Assembly: GCF_006345805.1 (NCBI RefSeq)
Contig: NC_043005.1
Coordinates: 94,302,001 to 94,366,000 of the forward strand
Direction of reading: 5' to 3'
DNA length: 64,000 bases
Source of the DNA: Octopus sinensis
Taxonomy: Eukaryota
Of this stretch, positions 25,815 to 37,639 are shown piece by piece. Numbering within the stretch: position 1 is the first letter of the stretch; every line of letters begins with the position of its first letter. Under the pieces are notes generated by a model. That model was not told where the DNA came from and did not search any database. It was given only the letters and a program-made list of their open reading frames with translations. The translations under genes and the position numbers were made by a program.

Positions 25815-26006
25815 ATTAATTAACAAATGACAAGGGAACAGGAGTCACGTAATTACCATCATTAGCTTACAGTTGTTTCTGCTAGGATATTACACAAGCA
25901 CTCAGCTCTGAGTGCACTACTGAGTGCTTGTGCAAGATCCCATAGCAGAAACAGTTGTAAGCTAATGAAGGTGATTACATGACTCCTGGTCTCTTTTCAT
26001 TCATTA
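25815..26006. repeat. Palindromic MITE-like element (~80 bp arms)
   Basis: Left arm CAGGAGTCACGTAATTACCATCATTAGCTTACAGTTGTTTCTGCTA..CACAAGCACTCAG pairs with right arm CTGAGTGCTTGTG..TAGCAGAAACAGTTGTAAGCTAATGAAGGTGATTACATGACTCCTG. Confidence 0.8.
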
Positions 26007-26557
26007 GCACACACACATACACATATACAAGGAATGTATAAAATGGTAACACCCTGAATTGGTGTGAATCGATATCACTTCAGATTTAATTGCAGAACAA
26101 AATGATGGAAGCGACACATCCTTTATATGCCAAACTACCAACATCACCTGAAATCTGCAGACAATCTGAATTTCAACACCAAAGGAAACAAAACCAAAAG
26201 CCATAGAAGACCCAGTATATAATATTTCAAAAAACCTGATAAAAGGTGAGTCATTATTAAATGGGGACAAAACTTAACAGCTGAATGAAATAAATGCAGA
26301 AGTTTTACTGCCAAATTTACAAACTAGAATGTGGTGAAAGGGGACAATAGTATGCTTAGAAGTGTGCGAACAAGTGGTATTTTAGCACATGTAGATACAT
26401 AGTGATAAGTGATGTCTTAATGTGTTATTGCAGTAGTGATGGACTACAGCAATAATAATAGTGTTTCTTTCTCTTTTTGTATGAAATTCTGTTGAAAAAT
26501 ATTCATCTTTAAGATAAATTTCGAACATTAAAAGTAAAAAACAACTATAATCATAAT

Positions 26558-26771
26558 CTTTTCTACTCTAGGCACAAGGGCTGAAATTTTGGGGGAGGGA
26601 GCCAGTCGATTAGATCGACCCCAGTATGCAACTGGTACCTAATTTATCGACTCCGAAAGGATGAAAGGCAAAGTCGACCTTGGCAGAATTTGAACTCAGA
26701 ATGCAAAGACAGATGAAATACTGCAAAGCATTTCTCCTGGCATGCTAACGTTTCTACCAGCTCACCGCCTT
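26558..26771 (-). mobile_element. SINE of the second family with a perfect 17 bp TSD
   Basis: ACAACTATAATCATAAT at 26541-26557 and 26772-26788 flanks a reverse copy with the GGCGGTGAGCTGG..GAGTTCAAATT head. Confidence 0.85.
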
Positions 26772-27114
26772 ACAACTATAATCATAATAATAGCAAAATC
26801 AGGTCCTGTCTCACATTCACTTATTCATAGATTCATATAAGATAAATCGTACACTCACACATATATACATCCACATACTGTGGTAAATCTTGTAGTCATT
26901 CATACGTTCACATATTACAATCAATCTTACACTTGTACATTCATACATTCACACATACTACAGCAATTGAAGTTGTATGTAGCTGTCACAAACCTAAGTG
27001 TTGTGAAAGCAATTAGTAGTGTACATCAGTCAATGCCTAATTGACTGTTAATTTGTATTTTCAATACTAATCGAAGCTATATTTGTTACAACATTCACAA
27101 GAAACAATGAATTT

Positions 27115-27782
27115 TTAAATGAAACTCTCAGAAATATGTTGACTGGAAGGACGTGAACTGTTATGAAAGGCAATTTCGTTGTGGTTTGAAATGTAACCAT
27201 ATTGATAGCTCTGACCTGGAGTGGAGTTTCTCTCATCTTGTCTGGTATTTGCTGGCTCGTTTAAATTTGAACCAAGTTCCTGGGCAGCAAGTTCATGCTG
27301 TGAATCAGGAGAATATTTTTGAGGTGTGTAAGAATAACCATAGTTGTACGTTCCCTCATCATCGTTTGAATGTGAGTTAGTATATTCTCTATATTGATCT
27401 AAATCTTCCAATGGTTTTATCACTTTCTTTGTTGGGATTCTCATGTTACTGTAGCTGGGGAGTGTTCTCTCATGCATGTCCTGTTCATAAACATCGACAG
27501 AGTGGCTTGGATGAACAACAGCAGTAGTTGTATTTGGTACTTCTGAACATTCCATGTAGCCATACTCCCTGTTTTGGTGGTGTTGGTGATAATCTTCATC
27601 AGGTCTTCTGGAATCATTTGGTTTGGTAGGGGTAGTTAGCATGGCCGTTTCATAGGTTGGTGGTGGGGTATAATTGTTCCTTTGGAGTGGTGCACCTGTT
27701 ATTTCTGCATAGGCATTCCAAAGTCCATCAGAGAGTTCAAAATCTCCAAACTTCCATCCTTTTAAAACACTAACCAATTCTC
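27115..27782 (-). CDS. Terminal coding exon of an unidentified host gene (Tyr/Pro/Ser-rich, likely disordered C-terminus)
   Basis: 663 bp stop-free non-repetitive ORF, preceded by an acceptor TATTTATTGTTCTATAACAG|GA at 27783/27782 (phase 1). Reads (G)ELVSVLKGWKFGDFELSDGLWNAYAEITG...PPPTY...; stop TAA at 27115-27117. Confidence 0.8.
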
Positions 27783-27930
27783 CTGTTATAGAACAATAAA
27801 TAAATATATCAATTAATTAAAATATATATATTATATACATAATAAATCAATGTTCCTATTAAAGTTTTAAAAAATCTGGTATGTGTCATATATTTTGATC
27901 AATTTTTATCCAAATTTATTCCATTTTGCA

Positions 27931-28030
27931 NNNNNNNNNNNNNNNNNNNNNNNNNNNNNNNNNNNNNNNNNNNNNNNNNNNNNNNNNNNNNNNNNNNNNN
28001 NNNNNNNNNNNNNNNNNNNNNNNNNNNNNN
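27931..28030. other. Assembly gap (100 N, true size unknown)
   Basis: Run of N. Confidence 1.
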
Positions 28031-28217
28031 CATAAAGGTAAAATTATTAAGTTATTATCAGATTACAAGATAGTACACAGCATTGCTAGAAATAAGAGTC
28101 AAAACGGCTCAAAAACCAGTTATCTCTAATATATACTGGTGAACTCGGGGAAACTAGTAAATATAAATCCAACTTACTACATAGCGATTAAAAATCGCTA
28201 TGAATTTGCAGACTTAC

Positions 28218-28245
28218 CCATATCACGTGATTTCGGACCCTGCAT
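28218..28245 (-). CDS. Candidate upstream coding exon (MQGPKSRDM-G) for the 27115-27782 exon
   Basis: Consensus donor ATGG|GTAAGT at 28218/28217 is phase 1 and joins in frame to GA GAA TTG. In-frame ATG at 28245, with an upstream in-frame TGA. The intron would span the gap. Confidence 0.4.
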
Positions 28246-28820
28246 TAAGCTACAAATTATGACATGATTCGCTCTTATAATAACTCATCAGTGAAGGTTA
28301 GCGTAATTATTACTTGAGTCACATAGTTTGTAGCTTGCTTTAATCAGTTTATTTCTTGTTTCCAGAACTAGTTAAATGTATGTTAATACCATCCTTGTTG
28401 GATTCTTCGCTGGATTAATGTTTATCTCGGATTAATACTTATCCCAGATTATATATATGCATGTGTTTGTGTATATAGATATGCATTTGTGTGTGTATGT
28501 GCGAGCGTATACGCATCGAAACATTCTTACACACGTATACATATATATTATACGCATATATCTATTTGTATTGCGTGAACGTGCGTGTATATATAATATG
28601 CGTGTTTGTGTATGCGTGTTTGCCTATGTGTATATGTGCATATCTGCATATATATGTGTGTGTGTATGCATAGACAAATATACAGATATGTACATACACA
28701 CATACATACATTTACACATACATATGATATATATATATAGATGATTATATATATATCATATACATATGATATATATATATCTGATATATATATATAATAT
28801 ATATATAGATATATATATGA

Positions 28821-28873
<53 letters not shown>

Positions 28874-29004
28874 GCTTATGTGGTGTGATGGTGTGTATAT
28901 TTATATATATATATATATATATTATTTACGTATGTGTCACACCACCTGTTTTCGTATTTTGTTCTTTTGTGAATTCTCCTATATATACACACACGCCCCC
29001 CCCC

Positions 29005-29913
29005 CACACCACATACCGCGACCCGACTTTTCGTTCGATGTCGCTTTGTCCGACGTCACTTTGTCCACGTCTTTTGATCTGACGTCTTTTTGTTCGATGA
29101 GTTTTTGTCCAACAACTTTTTGTCCAGTTTTAAATAAACCCTTTAGAAAACAAGATGAACATCAAAATCAAAGAATCATTGAGAATTTTATTTATAGGAT
29201 TCAAGTAAAATACTGTGGAAAAATGCATTTAATAATGGTCATTTTAAAATAGTAATGAGATATAACTAATGATTTATTATGATCACTTAAAACTGATGCA
29301 GATTATATGCCACACTCTTCAAAAGATCAGTTCTTCTTCTTGTCCTATATTCAATGACCAATCTTGTGAGGCGTTCAGTTATTTTTCGATATCGTGTACA
29401 TGAATCTGACGGATCTCTTCGAAGAAATTCTGTCATTTTACCTTGAGCAAACCCTTCCTCTTCCTTCAGAGTCTTGATTAATTTCCAAATATTTAAATGT
29501 GCTCCAACCGCTGAAGGCTTTATCGCAGAATGAAAACAATCCGCAGCATTATTTGTTCTAGGGAGATTTTGAAGAATACACTGATTAACATTTCAAACAG
29601 CTATCAGGAATGTAGCACCAAGTCCTCTCACAATGTCTATGTAAGTCAAGACGAAGTAAGCGATAAATTCTGCAGGTATTTCTTCATTGTCTATTAATTC
29701 TTCATAGGCATCTTCGGCATCTTCAACGGGTAGGAAGGCTAATGCCGAAAAACATCGAATTTTAAGACAGAATCCAGTGTCTTTACTGTATTTTTCTTTG
29801 AGGCCTAAATCTGTAATTTTTCGAAATACTGATTGGCTCGAATGAAGCAAACATGCCGCAATGGATGGATTAGGGAATGATGAATTAAATGCCTTATGAA
29901 CTGCAACAACACC
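29005..29913 (-). mobile_element. MULE (Mutator) transposase 3' half plus terminal subrepeats
   Basis: AFNSSFPN..ACLLHSSQSVFRKITDLGLK..FSALAFLP..YFVLTYI, then LPRTNNAADCFH..HLNIWKLIKTLKEE..AYNLHQF* (stop 29287-29289). Short degenerate TTTGTCC/TTTGTTCGA repeats at 29005-29130 mark the TIR region. Confidence 0.9.
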
Positions 29914-29995
29914 ATATGTATATATGGTGTATGTACATACATATGTATGTATGTATATGTGTGTGTGTATACATATATATACATATATATATAAT

Positions 29996-30160
29996 GGAGT
30001 GGCTGTGTGGTAAGTAGCTTGTTTACCAACCACATGGTTCCGGGTTCAGTCCCACTGCGTGGCACCTTGGGCAAGTGTCTTCTACAATAGCCCCGGACCG
30101 ACCATGCCTTGTGAGTGGATTTGGTAGACGGAAACTGAAAGAAGCCTGTCGTATATATGT
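29996..30160 (+). mobile_element. tRNA-derived SINE 5' part
   Basis: GTGGCTGTGTGGTAAGTAGC..GGTTCCGGGTTCAGTCCCACTGCGTGGCACCTTGGGCAAGTG. Confidence 0.85.
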
Positions 30161-30187
30161 ATATATATATATATATATAATATATAT

Positions 30188-30239
<52 letters not shown>

Positions 30240-30241
30240 AT

Positions 30242-31941
30242 AAAATGGAGTTAACGCAGGTTTAAACAAGTATTTTTACTTTCTACATATGTTTCGAAAA
30301 TTCCACTGATACTTATTCAAAAGAATAAAAGGTATAAACAATGCAATCTTCTCTTCGGGAAAGTGAAAAACGAAACTCGTCAATACGACATTTTAGCAAA
30401 AAATGATGGATTCGTATAGCGATAGACAGAACGCTATTAATATTGTTTAAAAAAAACGTTATATGATATAACGTCATAAGTAGCTAACAGAAAGAGTAGG
30501 ATATTAATAGTGAATGTTAAAATAAAGGAAATTAAAGTTTAAAATATATAATGATAGAGACTACTTATATGCACTAAAAGTATATTTCTGCCAATGCTTA
30601 CATCTGTATGCTCGTTATATAACCGTGTTTACTAGAGTATTTTTAGAAAAAATAATGAAAAATAGCTCAGAATTGCAGAGAAGACAGAATTTCTTGCCTT
30701 TGTCATATGGTATCGAAATTGAGAGGATCAACCATTCTAAATGAAATTGTTCATTGTGGTCTTTTAAATCCTAAATCAGTTTGCTGAGACCGGTACTATT
30801 CCGTTTATTTCTATCCTTAAATGTTGAGTAATGGATAGAAATTCGTTTAGATAACTCTAACGATGTGCTTCCAATGTAAAATCGTACTTTATTACGAGTA
30901 CTGATTATACACTGGTATATAGAATTTTTAATCTTAGAGTTACTTGACATAAATTTAATTCTATTGGAATTGACTTCAGATACAATAACTTGTTATTAAT
31001 ATTTCTAGAGGTTGGATGGTATTAGCTAAATTAATGTTAGTATTAGTAAATGTATTAATATTTAACAGTTTGTTATTATGAGAAGATATAATTTGCAAGA
31101 GATTTTTTGTGTTTGAAAAACCTATCCTACCTTATGTGAATTAATTAAGAGTAATATCTAGAATTGTTTGGAAAATTCCTAGCAATAGCTTGACGAAACA
31201 GCAGTGGGAGATAGATTTAATTTGTCTCCCGTAAGGAATTATTAACCAAATATTTTTACTAGTATTCATAGCGTAATTACTTTTGAAGGTGTTATATTTA
31301 CTTTTAGATCGGTAATAGGGAAATAAATAAGGGTTATCTGCCTTCATTCGCTTTGTATCGGTGCGTAAGTTATGTTTGTTATCAATAATTCTTTTACGAC
31401 TAGAAATCTTATCTACATTATTGAATTTACAATTAGACTGAGCAGAATCAATGTAGAAAATGTTTCTGTATAACCTGCTTTGATTAAGGCAGAGTTATAG
31501 AATTCAGCGTTATTATTGAAAATATCAACATTAGCAGATAATTTAGATAATCTAAATGAAATATCTCTAACTAAATTCTTAGTAATTGCTCCAGGATGAT
31601 TACTAAATTTGCTAATGTACTTAAGATTGGTCAACGGTTTATGATATGGGAAGTAAGAGTCACTGTGTAAATTAAGCGTAATATCTAAAAAGTTGGCCTT
31701 CGTCAGATCGTCATCAAAAACGATTTTTAAGCCCATTCTACTGAAAAAAATTAACTAAACTATTCTTAACTTTTTGTACCTTTTGGTTGGAAACATTTTG
31801 GAGGTAAAGTACACAATCATCACGATATAGACCCCCATAAATGTTAGGGAACTCTTCAGCCATTTCAAAAAGAATATATATACAGACCAAATCAGCTATC
31901 TGTGCTGAATCAGAACTTCCCATTGGTATATCGAAACTATA
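30242..31941 (-). mobile_element. Penelope-like element, 5'-truncated (YRDD-type RT, thumb, GIY-YIG endonuclease, 3' pLTR)
   Basis: MGSSDSAQIADLV..GGLYRDD, FLDITL..YHKP..SNHP..AGY, KNIW..PYG, NSIYQC..FYIG..KRISIHY..GLSKL..FCLLCNSE. Several frameshifts and stops; the 3' end runs into (TA)n. Confidence 0.9.
30278..30364 (-). ncRNA. Minimal type I hammerhead ribozyme motif (core variant CCGAAGA)
   Basis: ACTTTC-CCGAAGA-GAAGATT..AATTTTC-GAAA-CATATGT-A-GAAAGT: 6 bp stem I, G-C-closed stem II, palindromic stem III (ACATATGT) and a GUA triplet. Confidence 0.75.
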
Positions 31942-32152
31942 TTGTTTAAACCTGCGTTAACTCCATTTTTTATTCATATTATTCAAAATATTCAACGTAA
32001 ACACGAAGTTTCAACCTTTATAAACAAGGAGTTACAACATCTTTACTTGTGAGATTTTTGCTGCCCTGGTAACTATTTATTTATTTTTCCGTGTTAATTG
32101 TTAACAAGGTAAAATACACTCATCTATATATATATAATATATATATATATAT

Positions 32153-32194
<42 letters not shown>

Positions 32195-32385
32195 ATGCTG
32201 GCGTGTGTTTATGTCCCCGTCACTTAGCGGTTCGGCAAAAGAGACCGATAGAATAAGTACTGGGCTTACAAAAGAATAGTGTCCTGGGGTCGAGTTGCTC
32301 GATTAAAGGCGGTGCTCCAGCATGACCGCAGTCAAATGACTGAAACAAGTAAAAGAGTAAAAGAGAGTATATATATATATATATT

Positions 32386-32420
<35 letters not shown>

Positions 32421-32454
32421 CGCTAAATTATTTATATTTATATACATAATTTAG

Positions 32455-33955
32455 CGAAGAAGCTGGACCTCGTCCTCAAACTAAGCTATAACTGTAACTA
32501 CCTAGACAACCATGACCTTAGTAGATTCTGCTCTCCCCCCAGGTCACAGAGAGGAAGACCACCCACCATCACCTCGGCAGTGAAGAAAAACACCGCAGAG
32601 CGCTGGAGTAGCTGGACCATACTCACCCAGGACCGTGAGAACAACAGTCAGGTGAAAAGAATGATTACACATGCAATAGGGGCTGGCATAAGAACCACAT
32701 AGTACAGTTTAACAGGAAACTATACATGCAGGTTCAAGGTGCAGCCATTGGTGTCAGTGTGGTTGGAAATGTGGCCGGCCACTTCATGACCTGGTGGGAC
32801 AGAAAACTTAATCCTTAGCGGAACAATCCACAACTGTTTTGCTTTACTGTAGGTATGAAAATGACATTAATATTCTAGTTAGGACAAACTCTAGTAACTA
32901 TAATGTAGAAACCGAGAGCAGCATAATGGAGAGTATCTAGCACGTAGCTAATTCCATCCACCAAAATATCAAGGTAACTCTAGATTACTCCACTAGGTAC
33001 CCTTACAATAGATTCCCTGTCCTTGATACTGAAATTTAGTTAGAGACTGTGAACAACAGAGTGCAGCTCCTCCACTCCTATTACATGAAGCCCATAGCTT
33101 TTAAGTATGTTGTTCACAAGAACTCCGCTTTGTCACACAACATGAAAATCAACATACTGATAGCAGACCTAGTTAGGATAATGAACAACGTGTCCCCACT
33201 CAAACCCTATGAATCAAAGAAACAAGTACAGAATTTCATCACCGCATGCAGTTCTCTGGATATGATCAGAAAGATGCGATATGGGTATACAGGGGTACTA
33301 AAAAGAAGTTAGATAACATCATATGTAATGAAACCAGTGATACCTACCCTAGATATAGAAGTACAGACAGAAATAGAATACAATGAGCTTGTGACAAAAC
33401 AAACAGGGTGAACACGTGATATAAAACCGACAAATATCAAGGAGTGATGTTTGTAGAGGCCAAAGCCCATGGAGAACTAACCCGAAGATTCAGAAAAGCT
33501 CTGAAGGAGACCAAACTCGATATTAAGATCGTTGAAAAGCTGGGAGCTCCATCAAATCACAACTATGGAGGAGGTACTCCTTTGAGAATACCACATGCAC
33601 CAATGACATCTGCATGATATGTAAGATTAACTCAGGCATTAACTGTAGAACTAGAAATGTAGTCTACAGCATAAGGTGCATAGAGGGTGCTTGTAAAGAC
33701 AAGAACATGATGTACATTGGTGAGACATCTAGAAGCATTGCAGAGGGACTGAATGTACATTTGAGACAATATGACGACAAAAACAGTCCTCCATACTCTA
33801 CCAAAATGTCAAAGACCAGCATGGAGACACACTGGGTTCACTTGACATCCACATTTTATCCAAGCACTCGCAGGACTCAAACAAATACATAAATGAAGCA
33901 TTACCAGTACCAAATGGGGAATATACGTAGGAGGTAGTCATAGTCCAATACCCAC
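32455..33955 (+). mobile_element. Second PLE family (Neptune-like), degraded RT, thumb and GIY-YIG
   Basis: LYMQVQGAAIG..FMTWWD..YCRYEND, YYMKPIAFKYVVHKNSAL..K..LIADLVRIMNN, CMICK..NCRTRNVVYSIRC..MYIGETSRS. Confidence 0.85.
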
Positions 33956-34057
33956 ATTTTACATATACACAGATAGAGTTGTTAATAGGTTATGTAGACG
34001 CATATATTTATATATATATATTATATATATATATATTATATATGTGTGTGTGTGTGT

Positions 34058-34105
<48 letters not shown>

Positions 34106-34493
34106 GTGTGTGTGTGTACGTATGTGTGTATGTGTGTGTAGGTAAATCGATATATAAGTAAACAGATAGATAGATACATAGGTAACACAGACAGACAAGC
34201 ACACACACAATACACACATACATAAATGAAGACTGAAACACATGAACATATACACACACGCACACTTCACACACACACACACATACATACACACAAACAC
34301 ATGGACATGCAGAATACATACATGCATACATACAAACTGACGCAGACACATGTGCACAAACAAAAAGAACGCAGCGGACAGAGGTTGCAAGACGTAACGA
34401 AAATTAAAAAAAAAAAAAAAATTAAGGAAATCGAACAGGTGAGTGTGTTGAATAATAAGGCACTAAAAGAGAATGACTCTCCCAGACAAAACA

Positions 34494-34541
<48 letters not shown>

Positions 34542-34983
34542 ATATACACACACGCTTGTACACATTCGCACACAGACGTGGATGCACATACGAAAACATA
34601 TATATCTGTGTGCCTATGTATACACACATAAATATGCATATATATACTTGTATATGTTTACCACACACACGCACTCACACAGATACACACATACAGATAT
34701 ATGAGGATAAGTGTGGAGGCGTATATTGTTATATATATAGCTGTTTCGTTCGATTGACTTTGCAGTGAACTTTACTTGCTTACTGTGTTAGGAACAATAT
34801 TATTTCACATTCATTGGTGAACATCGGTGATTGTGCAGTGAACCGTAGGAAAACTCTAGCCATGATGAAATAATCCTGTTTACAGATACAATTACCGCAG
34901 ACGCTTCACATTTATAACGAATGCGAATTGTGCAGTTTCGTATTTTTGTGTTAGAAAAGAAAATTGTGATAAATTTATAAATA

Positions 34984-35376
34984 TACTAGCAGCATCGCCC
35001 GGTGTTGCTCGGGTTTGTTTCGACCCTTTAGAATTGGAATTTTTGAAAAGTAAAAAATTTTGCATTATGTAGCTTGTTATTCTCTTTAAGTGAACATTTT
35101 TCTGGTTGAAATGCACCGAAAAATGGCGACACAGCAGCCAAAAAATCGTAAAAAACAGGGATTTTCATAGAAAAAAAACACCTTTTTGATGTAAATAATT
35201 TTTGGTGTTAACATGGTCCGATTTGAATTTTATCTTCTACGGAATGAAGAGCAAGCCTTCTATCATACTCTCAATTTTGGTCAACTTGCGCCGTAGGGTC
35301 TCGGAGGAGATAGTGTTAGTTGAAGGCTACCTAACCTGCCATACACAGACAACTTCAGCTTTATACATAGTGAGAT
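34984..35376 (+). mobile_element. Non-autonomous Helentron/HINE-like element
   Basis: Starts TACTAGCAGCATCGCCCGGTGTTGCTCGGG and ends ACACAGACAACTTCAGCTTTATACATAGTGAGAT, the same architecture as 14016-14384. Confidence 0.6.
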
Positions 35377-35689
35377 ATATGAAAGGGTGCTGAAAATTTT
35401 CTGGCTTTAAGGGTGTCTTGAAAGGCCTGGTTGGAGGTCCAACTTTCCGAGTTTTATTACAGGTCTTAGAACAGCTGAAGGCCCGCTATAATGTGTGAAT
35501 GTGAGAATAAAAGCATAGTTAACTAATTCTCCTGTACTGTATTTTACCCAAAGGCAGAAACTTTTCAGTACCCCTCTCTCCCTCTCTCTGTCTCACCCAC
35601 CCCCACATATCTATCTATATACATTATTTACATTTGCCACTCTATCTCATTCTCTTCTTCATTCTGTCTATGGTCGTCATTTATTTTTT

Positions 35690-36290
35690 AACATATAGAA
35701 GACGATACAAAAACATGGACGGGACATTCGAAGCCTTCAATTTTCAGTCAAGAACCGGATCATCCTCGCAATTTCGGCTGATTAATCTTGAGATTGCCCC
35801 AATCTGGCCAGCCCCAAGGAAAATCTAAGCTAAGCGCATTAGATTCCTTGGAAGAAAGCCTCGAATGCATACAAAACAAAGACGGAAAAACGGACGATGT
35901 TACACGAATATGAATACAAAAATGCGTAAAAACAATAATAATACGTAAAAACAATAATGATAATAATAACAAAAATAAGACGTCACAAACAGGCATCTTT
36001 CGACAGGACGAGTAAACTTGAGCTGGCGTGTTAGAAAAATACCTTAGGGCAGAGAGAAAAAAATGTGTCTTGCCGCGACGACTGCTAAGCACAAAAGGCC
36101 GGCAATCGGTCAGTCAGTCACGTGTGAGGAGAAGAGAGGGAGGAAAAGAGGGACAGAGGAATTAGGGAGGGAGAGAAGAGAGAGAAAAAGGGGAACAAGG
36201 AACCAAGGAGGAGGAGAAGAGGGAAAGAGCGAGAAAGAGACAGATCAGAGTGAAGTGCAAAGTGAGAAAGGCAGAGAAATGTAGGAGAGG
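35690..36290 (-). repeat. Unclassified dispersed repeat, homologous to 62190-62805
   Basis: Shares GAAGACGATACAA..GGAC..TTCAGTCAAGAACCGGATCATC..AATTTCGGCTGATTAATCTTGAGATT with the opposite-strand copy, followed by a purine-rich tract. Confidence 0.7.
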
Positions 36291-36502
36291 GGGGAGAGAC
36301 AGTGTTATAGAGTCGTACCAAGTTTAGAGAAATATGTACTTACATATAAGACAAAGAGTATGTACGCCGCTATATATATATGTAAAAAAATACAAACTGA
36401 GACAAGAACGCAAAACATTTAGAAGACGATACAAAAACACGGACGGGATATATATATATATTTACACACACACACACATATTATATATATATATATATAT
36501 AT

Positions 36503-36706
36503 ATTTAATCAATATAGGGAGGCAAAAAAATTTTGTAGAATTCTTTTGCCCCCAGCGGCCTAGTGGGAAAAAATTAAATAGTCATAAACCATTTTTAAGT
36601 CAATATCACAATCAAGTTTTACAGAATTAATGTTATTTTGCGGTGAAGCTTTTTGGCTGTTATTTCTAGTGGGTGAATGGCCTATTATGGCCGTTCCTTG
36701 ATTGTG

Positions 36707-36707
<1 letters not shown>
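36503..36707. mobile_element. Miniature version of the 51270-53279 fold-back element, inside (TA)n
   Basis: Same left end (TTAATCAATATAGGG plus hairpin), same right end (CCTTGATTGTGA) and an internal strand switch after ATCACAATCAAG. Confidence 0.8.
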
Positions 36708-36737
<30 letters not shown>

Positions 36738-36830
36738 AATTCACTTCTTTAAAAGGGTTGTTCAATGTCAATTTCCACTAGCTAGACACGCACATGTATG
36801 TATAACCGTTTCTATTTCATTTCAGAACCT

Positions 36831-36888
<58 letters not shown>

Positions 36889-36889
<1 letters not shown>

Positions 36890-37332
36890 TTCTTTATTAT
36901 CCACAGAAGGCTGCACACAGACGGGGCAGATTACAAAGTAGAACTTTTCTTTTTGGGGAGAAAAAAAAAGTGGGGTAGGTTTTCGATCAAAAGAGATTGT
37001 AAAAGGGAAAGAAAAAAGCGATCAATAAGGATCGTGTATCACAGAAATGTCATGATGTAAAGTGTAAAGGGGGAAGCAGATAAGGTTTATCCGTGGAAAG
37101 AAAAGCCTACGGAAAATAACACGGTAACCTCGGTCAATAATGTCACATGTTAACACATTTGTTTGCAAGAAAGTAACCCTCTGTTTAAAATTTTTCCGTG
37201 TTCATAGGATTATGCTCAAGGTGGCTTCGTCATTCATACGTACCATCCTTGCTACATTCACCCATCTTTTTTTGAAACATTCGCTAGACAAAACTTGTCT
37301 CTCTACTCTCACTTTCCTATTCAAGTGATATT

Positions 37333-37336
<4 letters not shown>
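36889..37336 (-). mobile_element. 3' end of an L1/Tx1-like LINE inserted in (GATA)n
   Basis: Minus frame ends ..HLNRKVRVERQVLSSECFKKRWVNVARMVRMNDEATLSIIL*, followed by a 3'UTR; (GATA)n lies on both sides. Clade call is by resemblance only. Confidence 0.55.
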
Positions 37337-37398
<62 letters not shown>

Positions 37399-37639
37399 AG
37401 ATAGATAGATATAGAGAGATGCAGATATAACACAGCTTCTGAAATGAAATAGAAACGGTTATACATACATGTGCGTGCCTAGCTAGTGGAAATTGACATT
37501 GAAAAACCCTTTTAAAGAAGTGAATTATATATGTATATATATATATATATAAAGCAATATTATTTATTTTATTTTTAATAAAAATAAATAAATGACGATC
37601 ATAGACATAATGAAGAGAATGAGATAAAAAGAGAGGAAG

